This document shows, piece by piece, positions 20,059 to 29,889 of a DNA stretch of 64,000 nucleotides. The number at the start of each line of letters is the position of its first letter. Positions within the stretch are counted from its first letter, which is position 1. The notes under the pieces are model-generated. The model saw nothing but the letters and a program-made list of their open reading frames with translations, did not search any database and was not told where the DNA came from. A program made the position numbers and the translations under genes. The DNA comes from Candidatus Woesebacteria bacterium (GTDB taxonomy: Bacteria > Patescibacteriota > Microgenomatia > UBA8517), in the NCBI GenBank assembly GCA_016432365.1, contig CP066686.1, positions 346,906 to 410,905 of the forward strand, given 5' to 3'.

Positions 20059-20404
20059 AAGTTATTTCTTCATCTTTTTTAATGTTTTTTAAGGCAATAA
20101 ATTCGACTATTTCTTTTTTTGGATAAATTTTGAAATTTGAGTTCGGCGTTTCGGAATGATTGTAGATTGATCCAAAACCAAGCATGATACACAAGCGTTC
20201 TTTAGTTTTTCCGAAGTAAAGAAAGTAAGTTACCAAAAAACTTTCATATAACTTAGAAGTATCACCTATTGGTATTTCTATGATCGGACATTTTTCGATA
20301 ATTTCTCCTTTTTTGATATTGCACTTAGCAAACACCCCTCGTCCGGCGCTGGAAATTTTCGACTCGGAAACGTAAATTTTATCTGATGCCGAAAGTTTTC
20401 TCAT
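20000..20404 (-). CDS. SET-domain protein (putative lysine methyltransferase)
   Basis: GRGVFA, YNHS and EEITFDY SET motifs in a 134-aa protein. Confidence 0.65.
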   Translation of the reverse strand: MRKLSASDKIYVSESKISSAGRGVFAKCNIKKGEIIEKCPIIEIPIGDTSKLYESFLVTYFLYFGKTKERLCIMLGFGSIYNHSETPNSNFKIYPKKEIVEFIALKNIKKDEEITFDYRHGNKIENPLWFENRQ

Positions 20405-20441
20405 GATGTGATTATACTATTATTCAGGTTATAATTTACTC

Positions 20442-21299
20442 ATGTCTTGGCAATTTTTGATTGGAATAAGTATATTGCTATACTCTGTTTCTGTTCTTCT
20501 CCAAAGAGTTTTGCTAAAAGACGACCAGACTGAACCAATATCCTTTTCGATATTCTTTCAGATCGGAGTTGCAACAGTTATTGGAATATTGGTTTTAGTA
20601 ATTCGCGGTGGAATCCCGATTCCAGATTTGAGTCAAATATCTTGGAGTGTTTTGGTAATGACGGCTTTATATGCTCTCGCAAATATTTTCATTTTTAAAT
20701 CCCTAAAGACCACCGAGGCTTCGAGATTTACAGTAATATTTTCAAGTAAAACACTTTTTGCTGTACTTGGTTCATCCTTGATTTTTAGAGAAGGTTTGAC
20801 AAGCGCTCAGTGGGCTGGGGCGATATTAATTGTTATGGGAGTTATCGTAATTGCGATAAAAGATTTAAGCAAGAAAATAAATAAAGGAGACATTTTTGCT
20901 CTTTTTGCAGCCGTTATGTTTGGGTTAGCTAATACAAACGATCGATTCTTGGTCCAATTTTTTGATCCTTACTCGTACGTAGTTATTGGATTTTTACTGC
21001 CAGGAGTAGCAATAGCTCTTTTTTATCCAAAAAAACTTATTAATTTTAAAATTTATTTTAAAAAGGCATTTGTTTATAAAATGGTAATCCTTTGCCTACT
21101 GTATGGCCTAGCTGCGGTAACATTTTTTGCGGCATTGCAAGCTACACCTAACTCATCACAACTTTTCTCAATTAACTCATTTGGGGCCATATTGGCTGTT
21201 GTTTTTTCAATAATTTTTCTTAAAGAAACAGACAAAATTGCTAAGAAGATTTTGGGTGCGGTAATAAGTGTTGCCGGGCTTTTGCTAGTAAATAAATGA
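20442..21299 (+). CDS. EamA/DMT-superfamily transporter
   Basis: ten predicted TM helices in two EamA-like halves. Confidence 0.7.
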   Translation: MSWQFLIGISILLYSVSVLLQRVLLKDDQTEPISFSIFFQIGVATVIGILVLVIRGGIPIPDLSQISWSVLVMTALYALANIFIFKSLKTTEASRFTVIFSSKTLFAVLGSSLIFREGLTSAQWAGAILIVMGVIVIAIKDLSKKINKGDIFALFAAVMFGLANTNDRFLVQFFDPYSYVVIGFLLPGVAIALFYPKKLINFKIYFKKAFVYKMVILCLLYGLAAVTFFAALQATPNSSQLFSINSFGAILAVVFSIIFLKETDKIAKKILGAVISVAGLLLVNK

Positions 21300-22264
21300 A
21301 ACTTAAGTTATTTGATACAGTTGAAATTATTCCGACCACTCCTTTTGATTTTGATTCAACCTTTCACAAGCCCGATCATTTTACGTCCGGTGATAATCTT
21401 TGGCAAAAGGGAATAAAGTGGCAGACGTGGAACTGTAGGGGGGAATATTTGGGACTCAAATTTGTAAACAAAGGAACTGTGGAAAAACCAAAATTGGGTG
21501 TCAACATTTATTCTAATAAAAAATTGAGCAAGGCATTTGTCGACTCACTTATCGGCGAAATTAAATATAGATACAATCTCAATTTAGATTTAGCAGACTT
21601 TTACAGAACTTTTAACGAAGATAAAATATTAGGACCAATAATTAATAAGTTTAGAGGTATGCGGCCGGGTCATCCGAGTTCCCTTTATGAATATTTGTTG
21701 ATAGGGATAGTTCTTCAAAACGCGACAGTAAGAAGGAGTGTTCAAATGTTTAAAGCCCTTTTAGAAAACTATGGAACATTATTAAAATTCGACGATAAAG
21801 AGCTTTGGTGTTTCTTTAAACCCGGAGCTTTGCAAAAAGCTTCTGAGGAGGAGTTAAGAAGTTTAAAACTTGGTTATAGAGTAAGGTCTATAAAGAGGAT
21901 CGACGACTATTTTGCGCAAGGGTTAATGGACGAAATGGTATTAAGAAAAAATGATAGAGAAACACAGAGGACAGAACTATTAAAATTGTATGGTGTTGGC
22001 CCAGCCACCGTCTGGTATCTGCTTTTTGATGTTTTTCATCATTGGGATTTTTTTAACCATGTCTCTCCATGGGAACAAAAAATATATTCTAAAGTTTTCT
22101 TCGATGTAGATCCCGAGAGTCCCGTGCCGGTTGAAAAGATATTAAAGCACTTTGAAAAATTCGGAGATTATAAACAACTGGCAGTTCACTATATTTGGGA
22201 GGATTTGTGGTGGAAAAGAAAAAACAAGAACATTCCTTGGTTAGAAAAACAGATAAGAATATAA
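21296..22264 (+). CDS. HhH-GPD superfamily DNA glycosylase (OGG/AlkA-like)
   Basis: helix-hairpin-helix LYGVGPATV followed by FDVF catalytic-Asp region. Confidence 0.5.
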   Translation: MKLKLFDTVEIIPTTPFDFDSTFHKPDHFTSGDNLWQKGIKWQTWNCRGEYLGLKFVNKGTVEKPKLGVNIYSNKKLSKAFVDSLIGEIKYRYNLNLDLADFYRTFNEDKILGPIINKFRGMRPGHPSSLYEYLLIGIVLQNATVRRSVQMFKALLENYGTLLKFDDKELWCFFKPGALQKASEEELRSLKLGYRVRSIKRIDDYFAQGLMDEMVLRKNDRETQRTELLKLYGVGPATVWYLLFDVFHHWDFFNHVSPWEQKIYSKVFFDVDPESPVPVEKILKHFEKFGDYKQLAVHYIWEDLWWKRKNKNIPWLEKQIRI

Positions 22265-23136
22265 TACCCATTGGAATGATAAACAAAAGCAAGACCATTA
22301 AATTAAAGGACGGTAGAAGTCTTGGTTACATTGAATATGGCGACCCAAAAGGAAAACCAGTATTTTTCTTTCATGGTTGGCCGGGGTCAAGATATTCCGG
22401 TAAGGAAACGGACTTGGATGCCAAAAGAATCGGGGTAAGGGTAATTTCTACAGATAGGCCCGGAATTGGATTATCGGATTTTAAAAAAGACAGAAAGCTT
22501 CTCGATTGGCCGGACGATATAGAAGAATTAGCCGATTATCTAAAAATAAAAAAGTTTTCCGTAATGGGTGTTTCCGGTGGCGGGCCATACGTGGCGGTCT
22601 GCGCATATAAAATTCCCAAAAGGATAATTAAAGCAGGGATTGTTGTTGGACTGGCTCCGATTACAAAAAAAAATTTAGAGGGAATGTCATTTCGGGGAAA
22701 TTTGGGTTGGGCTAACTATCATAGATTTCCGTTTCTAAGAACACTTTCGGCACTAAACTCGGAAATTCTCTTTAAGTACATTCCATTTCTTGGACAACTT
22801 CTCGCTTTTCCTACCAAACAAGACCACTTGGCATATGTCGAGGCTGTGAATAATAAAGTAGGCGAGGAATCCGGCGTAAAAGAAGCCTTTAGTCAGGGAA
22901 TAAAAGGACCTGCGGAAGAACTTCGAATTTATACCGATGATTGGGAATTTGATTTAAAAGATATAAAAGCAAAAGTTTACTTATGGTATGGCGCGAAAGA
23001 TAAGTGTGTTTCTTTGAATATGGCCAGGTATTATGAGTCCCGAATTCCAGGAAGCAAGTTGTATATCGATAAAAATGGTGGCCATCTTGCCAGGTACAAA
23101 TTTGAGGATAAAATATTGAAGACTTTAGTAAGTTAG
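22195..23136 (+). CDS. alpha/beta-fold hydrolase; true start likely the internal Met about 22276
   Basis: HGWPGS oxyanion region, GVSGGG nucleophile elbow. Confidence 0.7.
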   Translation: MGGFVVEKKKQEHSLVRKTDKNIIPIGMINKSKTIKLKDGRSLGYIEYGDPKGKPVFFFHGWPGSRYSGKETDLDAKRIGVRVISTDRPGIGLSDFKKDRKLLDWPDDIEELADYLKIKKFSVMGVSGGGPYVAVCAYKIPKRIIKAGIVVGLAPITKKNLEGMSFRGNLGWANYHRFPFLRTLSALNSEILFKYIPFLGQLLAFPTKQDHLAYVEAVNNKVGEESGVKEAFSQGIKGPAEELRIYTDDWEFDLKDIKAKVYLWYGAKDKCVSLNMARYYESRIPGSKLYIDKNGGHLARYKFEDKILKTLVS

Positions 23137-24110
23137 ATTCTTAAGTACTTGTCAATATTGGTCTTGTGTTCTTCGTATGTTTTTGCGCAGTGAATTTGTT
23201 CAAATTTGTCATGCAAATAAAATAAACAATCTGTTTCTTCGGGATTTAAGGCCGCGTCTATTGCATCAATATTCGGACTGCAAATTGGGGTTGGTGGAAG
23301 ACCTTTGGTCCGGTAACTGTTGTATGGAGAGTCACTTCGTTTTTGTTCCAGGCTTATTTTTCCCCACCAGCTTCCGTCTGCCTGTTTACCAAGTGTATAC
23401 TGCATTGTTGCATCAATCTGGAGAGCCATATTTTTATTCAAACGGTTCCAAATAATTCCGGAAATTATTTTCATATCTTCCTTCCCTCCTGCTTCTCGGG
23501 CAATCAATGATGCAATCTTAAGAACCGTTGTCCATTTAATATTTTTTTCATTCGCCTCAGAGGAAAAGGGGGAAAATTTTTCGTTAAAACGATTAATAAA
23601 TCTATTCGCAATTTGCGCGCCATTCTCTTCCCGTGGTATCAAATAGGTGTCGGGGTAATAGACTCCCTCAAAATACTCAGGTTTGGTATTTGTATAAACA
23701 GTATTCCACTTTTCAAGTGTTTCAGGGTCCCAATCAAGAGCTTTTGCCAGTTTTTCCCCGACTTGCTCTTTTCGGGGACAAAAAGAAATCGTGATCCAAG
23801 ATAAATCTTCTTTTGACGTGACCTTTTCCATCACCTGCCAAGCATTCATACTTTGGCTCAATTTATAACCACCGGGGGACGTAAATTTTCCCAATGCAAA
23901 AGTATCCATTAGGAAATTAAAACCAGTTGCGCTTTTTATTAATCCCTCTTTTTCCAATTCTTTTGCAATATCAAAATCAATTTGATCTTGGGGAATTACA
24001 AACACTTGGGTCTGTATAGAGTTCCCAGGTGAGTCAAAATAAACAAACCAGATTATAGAAGCAGAAACTAAAAATAGAAGAATAATGAAAATCACCAGTA
24101 GCTTTCTCAT
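23133..24110 (-). CDS. mltG: Endolytic murein transglycosylase MltG (YceG-like)
   Basis: N-terminal TM, YceG-like C-terminus with GLPPTPICSPN motif. Confidence 0.75.
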   Translation of the reverse strand: MRKLLVIFIILLFLVSASIIWFVYFDSPGNSIQTQVFVIPQDQIDFDIAKELEKEGLIKSATGFNFLMDTFALGKFTSPGGYKLSQSMNAWQVMEKVTSKEDLSWITISFCPRKEQVGEKLAKALDWDPETLEKWNTVYTNTKPEYFEGVYYPDTYLIPREENGAQIANRFINRFNEKFSPFSSEANEKNIKWTTVLKIASLIAREAGGKEDMKIISGIIWNRLNKNMALQIDATMQYTLGKQADGSWWGKISLEQKRSDSPYNSYRTKGLPPTPICSPNIDAIDAALNPEETDCLFYLHDKFEQIHCAKTYEEHKTNIDKYLRI

Positions 24111-24153
24111 CTTTGTTTGCCCCCCGTATTATAACAGTAGAAAATGCTATGGC

Positions 24154-24813
24154 CTAAATAAATCGGTATAAGACGGCCGGACGATGAGGGACGTTTTTTT
24201 GGATCATGGTCACTTTGCGAATCGTTCCGGAGCTAATAATCTTCTTTCTAAAATTTCTGTTGTCCAGTTTCTTTTTTCCGATAATTTCATGAACAGTCTG
24301 AAGACCGTTGAGCGGAAAATAAGGGGGCATAAACTCTTTAACTATCTGGTTATCCAAATTTTCCTTAAGATATTCCAAAGCTTTTTCTATAATTTCCTTA
24401 TGGTCAAATGCCAGTTTTGGTAAGGTTCCTATTCTTTGAAAATTATCAAAATTGGCCACTTTATCAGGAGAAATTAAAGCAATAAACCCGATAGAAACAA
24501 CTCTGCCTCTGGGGTCGCGGTTGGGCTTAGTGAATGAATAAAATTGTTTTAAAAATACATTTTTCTTACCAAAAATATCTTTAATTTTTCTGGACAGTGT
24601 CTGCTCGGCTGACTCTAGTTTCCTAAGTAGCCCTCCGGGAAGTTCTGACAGATTTTTGTATGGTTCTTTTTCGCGGGAATTCAGGTACACAAGAAGCTCA
24701 CCGTCTTTAATTGTAAGAATGACTGCATTTACAGCAATACTACTCTCCTCATAGCCCGACAAGATTTTTGTCCTCATTAGAGTTATTGTATCACACCTTA
24801 ACGTAAAAATCAC
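24154..24813 (-). CDS. Nudix-like domain regulator, NrtR-like (paralog of 59023..59679)
   Basis: Nudix-fold-like N-terminus lacking a canonical Nudix box, C-terminal winged-helix-like region, shared C-terminal RPA(V/T)LYRF motif with its paralog. Confidence 0.5.
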   Translation of the reverse strand: MIFTLRCDTITLMRTKILSGYEESSIAVNAVILTIKDGELLVYLNSREKEPYKNLSELPGGLLRKLESAEQTLSRKIKDIFGKKNVFLKQFYSFTKPNRDPRGRVVSIGFIALISPDKVANFDNFQRIGTLPKLAFDHKEIIEKALEYLKENLDNQIVKEFMPPYFPLNGLQTVHEIIGKKKLDNRNFRKKIISSGTIRKVTMIQKNVPHRPAVLYRFI

Positions 24814-24894
24814 GTATTGATTTAAATTGGTTTAGTTTTACAATCGTCATGCTTAGCGTTATTAATACGTTAAGAATGGAAAGGGGGTGAAAAT

Positions 24895-25221
24895 ATGTCG
24901 CCAGAAAGAATCAAACCAATAAGTCAAAAAGAAGTTGCCAACGAAAAACAAAGGCTGTTCCCGAATGAAGTTTTCGAAGCATTTAACGAGATGATCATTC
25001 AAAATGCCGGGGGAGGTGGTGGACAAATATCTGTCGATCAGGGGGAAGTGGTAAAACTGATGGTAAAAAAAGGCCTGAATCGTGATCAAATATTCAAAAA
25101 CGGTTGGCTGGATGTAGAAGATGTTTACAGAAAAGCAGGTTGGAAAGTAGAATACGATAAACCGGCTTACAACGAAGACTACTCAGCCTACTTTATATTT
25201 AGCCGGTCAGATAAAGGTTAA
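24895..25221 (+). CDS. hypothetical protein (108 aa) with a poly-Gly tract
   Basis: ORF divergent from the NrtR-like gene; no motif. Confidence 0.3.
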   Translation: MSPERIKPISQKEVANEKQRLFPNEVFEAFNEMIIQNAGGGGGQISVDQGEVVKLMVKKGLNRDQIFKNGWLDVEDVYRKAGWKVEYDKPAYNEDYSAYFIFSRSDKG

Positions 25222-25233
25222 GTTCAGTACGGG

Positions 25234-25866
25234 TCAAGCGGCCGCTGGCCCAGCAATGTAGCTACGCACCTTATCGTAAACGGATTCAACCGGATCGTTT
25301 GCGTCGATTTCGACAACATTCCAATTGGGGTGATTTCTAATTATTCTCAATCTTTCGTCAAGTTGGTTGTAAAATTTATCTAGCCGGCTCTTTAGCGCGT
25401 CTTCGGTGTCGTCACTTCTTTTTCTGGCATTTTTCCCAGTTACCAGTCTTTCGAAACAAACTTCAATGGGTATATTTAAATAAATTATTGTTATGGGAAG
25501 GTCCCTTCCTGCTTTTTCTAAAGTTGCCTTAAATTCTCGGGTCTCTTCGACAGTGCGAAAACCACCGTCTAGGATAAAACCATTTTCAGTGTCTTCGCGG
25601 CTAAATCTGTCGCTCATAATTTCGAGGAGTAAATCACCGGCCAGGTATGTATGTTCGGAAAACATTACTCTGCACGCTTCACCCAGTCTTCCGGGATCAT
25701 TGGCTGCATATTCACGAAGGGTGTCCCCGGTAGTTAAGTATGGCTTACCGGATTCAGAAGATAGTAGATTTGCAATTGTAGTTTTTCCCGATCCTTCAGG
25801 GCCAATGAAAGATATTATTCTTTTCCCGATGTTGATTCTCTCCTGTCCAAAATCAATCTCTTTCAT
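25234..25866 (-). CDS. adenylate-kinase-family nucleotide kinase
   Basis: P-loop GPEGSGKTT, NMP-binding GFILDGGFRT, short LID RKRSDD. Confidence 0.55.
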   Translation of the reverse strand: MKEIDFGQERINIGKRIISFIGPEGSGKTTIANLLSSESGKPYLTTGDTLREYAANDPGRLGEACRVMFSEHTYLAGDLLLEIMSDRFSREDTENGFILDGGFRTVEETREFKATLEKAGRDLPITIIYLNIPIEVCFERLVTGKNARKRSDDTEDALKSRLDKFYNQLDERLRIIRNHPNWNVVEIDANDPVESVYDKVRSYIAGPAAA

Positions 25867-25957
25867 GAAGTGATATTATGATTGGAGCAAATAAAAAACA
25901 AGAGGCTTGTCTAAGTTCTTTTATGTCCAACTGAGGAGGGCCAAGACAATTTGGAGA

Positions 25958-26722
25958 CTACAATGAAGGAACCTCGTTAATTAAGAAATCAACAAATATT
26001 TTTCCGACAGCTTTATTTGCCCTGATATTTGGATGGGAGTCAACTGGGATTAGACTGCAATATTCTCTTTTCAACATATTTGTATTCTTTCCTGTTTTAT
26101 CAGCCAGCAGATCAAAAAAGTTAAATACCGCCAGGTTCTTTTGTTTCTGACTTGCAAGCCAGACTGATAATTCTCTTGCATTCTCGGCCCATTCCGGTTT
26201 TGTAACCTCGTGTCGTAGTGGGGGCGGCGTAAAGATAACAAACTTGTTTGGAAATCTTGAAAGCCCCTGAATTATTAGTGAATAATATCTTTTATATTCC
26301 TCCAGTTTTTCTTTAGTTTCTATTTTTGATGTTGGAAAACAATTTTTAAAAATTACAATATCAAATTTTAAAATGTTCCCTAAAGTAAAATCTTCCGGAC
26401 TTCTGTTAAATATATCTGCGTATTCTTTGGGGGAGTTGTTGCTGATTACTATTTTAAAATCTTTTCCGACCATTTTACCTCGCCCATCCGTAAGTCCTGT
26501 CCTAAAAGTAAAGCGACCCAATATTTTAGACAAAAGAAACGACGGGTAAAGGTCGTAACCGTGATCCCAAAACTCAATATTGGGAGCAACCTTTTTTAAC
26601 AATTTTCGAATTTTTCCAAAGTAGATTAGAAGACCGCCGGTTGAATGATGGATAAAAAGTACTCTAATTCTATTCGTCACAAATGAAGTATAAATCAAAT
26701 TAGAAGAATTGTGATATGCCAA
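25958..26722 (-). CDS. hypothetical protein
   Basis: ORF only. Confidence 0.3.
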   Translation of the reverse strand: MAYHNSSNLIYTSFVTNRIRVLFIHHSTGGLLIYFGKIRKLLKKVAPNIEFWDHGYDLYPSFLLSKILGRFTFRTGLTDGRGKMVGKDFKIVISNNSPKEYADIFNRSPEDFTLGNILKFDIVIFKNCFPTSKIETKEKLEEYKRYYSLIIQGLSRFPNKFVIFTPPPLRHEVTKPEWAENARELSVWLASQKQKNLAVFNFFDLLADKTGKNTNMLKREYCSLIPVDSHPNIRANKAVGKIFVDFLINEVPSL

Positions 26723-26751
26723 TTCCGCAGTAGTACCAAGATGGTATAATT

Positions 26752-27378
26752 GTGAACATGGAGTATAAATATATTATTTTTGATTGTTTTGGGACTCTGG
26801 TTTCTGACGACGAGATTAATATAAAAGGCAAGCTTCTAAGAGAAAAGTTATCAGAAACCGAGAATTTAGTCTTTGTGGCACATTGGAGAGATTGGCATAG
26901 AAATAGTTATTTGTTAGAAAAATTTATCGGGGATATTGCAGATACAGGCCTATTTAATGACGAAAAAATAGCGTTAATTAAAGACCGAGTGACTATTGAA
27001 TCCCTCTCATTATATGAGGAAGTTTTACCGACACTAAGGTCTTTAAAAGAAAAAGGCTACAAACTTGCCATCCTTTCAAACGCACCCCCCAGTGTTAAAG
27101 AACTATATAAAAATAAAAAGGATTTAAATGTCTTGATTGAAGAGGTTTTTTGGTCATGTGATTTGGGTTGCGGAAAACCTGAAAAACAGATTTTTAAGGT
27201 AGTAATAGACTCTCTAAAGTGTAAAGCGGATGAGGTTTTGTATGTAGGTGACTCCTATGAAAATGACTACCTGGGAGCTAAAAATGCCGGAATTGATTCA
27301 ATACTTATTGATAGGCAAAAAAGGTTCAACTTAAAAAATAGCATAGAAGACTTATCAGAGCTGATAGATCTGGTGTAG
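26752..27378 (+). CDS. HAD-superfamily hydrolase (subfamily IA)
   Basis: motif I FDCFGTLV, motif II LSNA, motif IV GDSYENDYLGAKNAG. Confidence 0.75.
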   Translation: MNMEYKYIIFDCFGTLVSDDEINIKGKLLREKLSETENLVFVAHWRDWHRNSYLLEKFIGDIADTGLFNDEKIALIKDRVTIESLSLYEEVLPTLRSLKEKGYKLAILSNAPPSVKELYKNKKDLNVLIEEVFWSCDLGCGKPEKQIFKVVIDSLKCKADEVLYVGDSYENDYLGAKNAGIDSILIDRQKRFNLKNSIEDLSELIDLV

Positions 27379-27407
27379 TAGGTTACTTTTGCTTATAGTC
27401 GCATGTT

Positions 27408-27938
27408 TTGATAGACTTCGCCTTTATGGAACGAATCGGACGGTTGACGGCAATATATATTAGCCCCGAAGCTGGTGATTATGAAAATCCTGTTCCCATG
27501 CAAGAAGTTGACGAGGTAGAAGTTATTGAGACCGGTTTAAAAGGTGATAGGTATTCAAAGGACGGAGGTTTTTGGCAAGTTGCGGATCAAAAAAGACCCC
27601 CAGAGAAAAGAAAACTAAGGGGTGTAAGTGGTTTTTCCAGAGAGGATTTGGAAAAAGGAAATTTATTGAATGATACGAATATTGAACCAATCGACACCAG
27701 AAGAAACTTCGAAATTGAAGGAGTGGGGGATATTCAACAGTTGATTGGAAGAACAATTCAGATTGGTGAAACTGTACAAATTGATTTAACAGGCGATTGT
27801 GATTCTTGTAACCGCCCCTCAAGACTATCCGGTAAATCGGGTTATGAAAAACATGGAAAACTTGGCGGAGTAAGGGGTATGCCTAGAAAAGACAAACTGG
27901 GAGTAGTCAAAAAAGATGACCCCGTCTTTGTTATTTGA
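27408..27938 (+). CDS. MOSC-domain protein (YiiM-like)
   Basis: GLKGDRY motif and size consistent with MOSC beta-barrel. Confidence 0.45.
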   Translation: MIDFAFMERIGRLTAIYISPEAGDYENPVPMQEVDEVEVIETGLKGDRYSKDGGFWQVADQKRPPEKRKLRGVSGFSREDLEKGNLLNDTNIEPIDTRRNFEIEGVGDIQQLIGRTIQIGETVQIDLTGDCDSCNRPSRLSGKSGYEKHGKLGGVRGMPRKDKLGVVKKDDPVFVI

Positions 27939-28204
27939 ACTTTTTGCATTCAACTTTATCCATCTGGATACACAAAACCAATCTCTTAAAGATAACTTTT
28001 TAAGAGTGAAAAGCCACCAATGTGATGTTTATATCATCTGCTTCTCCCATTTCTTCCCCGGCTTTAATTAGATCTACCATTTTCCGAGGAATTAAAAATG
28101 AACCAGTCCGGCCCTTACTTTTACGAAGTTTTGTGAGTTGTTAGCGATAAGCAATTAGTCCTTGGATCGTTTGGACTTACAGTCGTTAGCGGGTGTGTTA
28201 GATC

Positions 28205-28894
28205 TTATTGTGTGAAGTCGAAAGTAGAGAGGATTTGAGAAAACTCTTTCCACTCGGAAGTTTTCTTTAGTTCTTCATAGCTTTTTGTGTTCCAAAACAA
28301 GAGATGCATATAAATAATCCGGTCTTTTTCTGGATAGGCTACGAAAGTGTTGATCTCGGGAACGTCGGTTGGTCCTAAATCCTCAGTCGCTTTATACTGT
28401 TCTGTTGTAAGGCCTCCAATCACGATATCAGACACGTCCATTTTCTTAGCTGTTTCGTTGAGAAGGTTTTTTAAAAATTCACCCCTCTCTTGATAGTTGT
28501 TTGATCCCTGTCTCTTTGAATAAACAGCGAAATCAATTTTTATAGCAGGTTTGTCTCCAAGATATTTTGCCCAATCAACCAATCCGTGATTCATGTATTT
28601 CTCGACTTCGGTTGGTGAGTAATTCTGCAAACTGTTTGAACCAAATAGAATTTCTGGATCTTTCTCGTTAAACATTTGTATGCTCCATGTCTTTGGGTAT
28701 TTAAATGAGTAATTAAAAACCGAGCTCGCATACGTTTCCCAACCGGCCGTTAAATCATCTGTAGGTTTTGTAGTGGGTGTCACTCTTAGAGTTTGTAAAA
28801 TATCACTTTTATTTGTTACAAAATAATATGAACCACAGAGTGCAACAAATATAAAAAGAACAATTAAAACAGTGGAAAAACCTTTTTGTATCAT
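28205..28894 (-). CDS. hypothetical secreted/membrane-anchored protein
   Basis: N-terminal TM/signal, no motif. Confidence 0.35.
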   Translation of the reverse strand: MIQKGFSTVLIVLFIFVALCGSYYFVTNKSDILQTLRVTPTTKPTDDLTAGWETYASSVFNYSFKYPKTWSIQMFNEKDPEILFGSNSLQNYSPTEVEKYMNHGLVDWAKYLGDKPAIKIDFAVYSKRQGSNNYQERGEFLKNLLNETAKKMDVSDIVIGGLTTEQYKATEDLGPTDVPEINTFVAYPEKDRIIYMHLLFWNTKSYEELKKTSEWKEFSQILSTFDFTQ

Positions 28895-29026
28895 AATTTA
28901 GTATCTATTATTTATGCCAACAAAACAAGTTTTTAATTGTCGGGTAGTAGAGTCGTGGGCCGTTCGGACCCATAACTAATTCATCATATTAATTCAGTTG
29001 GTGGTTGTCTATACTTAACAAACAAT

Positions 29027-29425
29027 ATGTTTCTAAAGCTTTATCTCATCGCATTCCCTATTTTTTTGGCAATCGATATGGTTTGGTTAACATTAATTGC
29101 CAAGAATTTTTATGCCAAACATATTGGGTATTTAATGGCTAAAAATCCCAATCTCTTTGCCGCACTGATCTTTTATCTCATTTTTATTGCGGGACTGGTA
29201 TTTTTTGTAATTACTCCGGCACTTGATAAAAAAATGTGGACACAGGCTCTTTTGGCAGGCGCCTTTTTTGGCTTAGTGACCTATGCAACTTATGATCTTA
29301 CAAACCTGGCAACTGTAAAAGATTGGCCGCTTATTATTACAATTGTTGATTTGATTTGGGGGATGGTACTCTCTGCATCAGTTTCTGTAATAACATACTT
29401 TATAGCTATTAAATTTGGACTATAA
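29027..29425 (+). CDS. DUF2177-like small integral membrane protein
   Basis: four TM helices, N-terminus resembles DUF2177. Confidence 0.45.
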   Translation: MFLKLYLIAFPIFLAIDMVWLTLIAKNFYAKHIGYLMAKNPNLFAALIFYLIFIAGLVFFVITPALDKKMWTQALLAGAFFGLVTYATYDLTNLATVKDWPLIITIVDLIWGMVLSASVSVITYFIAIKFGL

Positions 29426-29527
29426 CAAACTCAAAAAAATGTTTGATTTTTGAGTTTGATATATAGGAATACCATAAATTTACCTAACAACATGTCAATA
29501 AGTGACATGTTGTTTTAATATGACTAT

Positions 29528-29749
29528 ATGAATTATTACTTCGTTCTTACCCTTTCACTTCTTGGGTATATGACCGTCTGGTTTATTATTTCTGTTATCA
29601 AAAAGAGGAATGACGTTGCGGATATTGCTTGGGGATTGTGGTTTGTACTTATGGCTTGGCTCTCGTTTTTAATTTCCGGTTTTCTATTAAAGCGGTTTTG
29701 GTCAATATTTTGGTACCATTTATACCCTTACTCCCCAAGAAACCGTTGA
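29528..29749 (+). pseudogene. truncated N-terminal fragment (73 aa) of a DUF1295-family membrane protein
   Basis: KKRNDVADIAWGLWF motif matches the DUF1295 N-terminus, but the ORF stops after about 70 aa; it ends about 20 nt before a tRNA-3'-end-like repeat. Confidence 0.4.
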
Positions 29750-29770
29750 AGGTCACTTAGTGTCCAGTCT

Positions 29771-29792
29771 TGCTGGGGAACAGGGATTTGTG
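29771..29792. repeat. att-like partial copy of the tRNA-Gln 3' end (GCTGGGGAACAGGGATTTGTG)
   Basis: 17/20 identity to the 3' end of the tRNA at 30782-30855; near-identical to the copy at 30701-30722. Confidence 0.45.
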
Positions 29793-29889
29793 TCAAATTA
29801 TCTTCCCGAGCACTATCAAATCACATGACCGTAGCAAGCGGGTGCGATCTGGATATTGTTGACGTCTTACAAGCTCCTATCAAGAAAAG

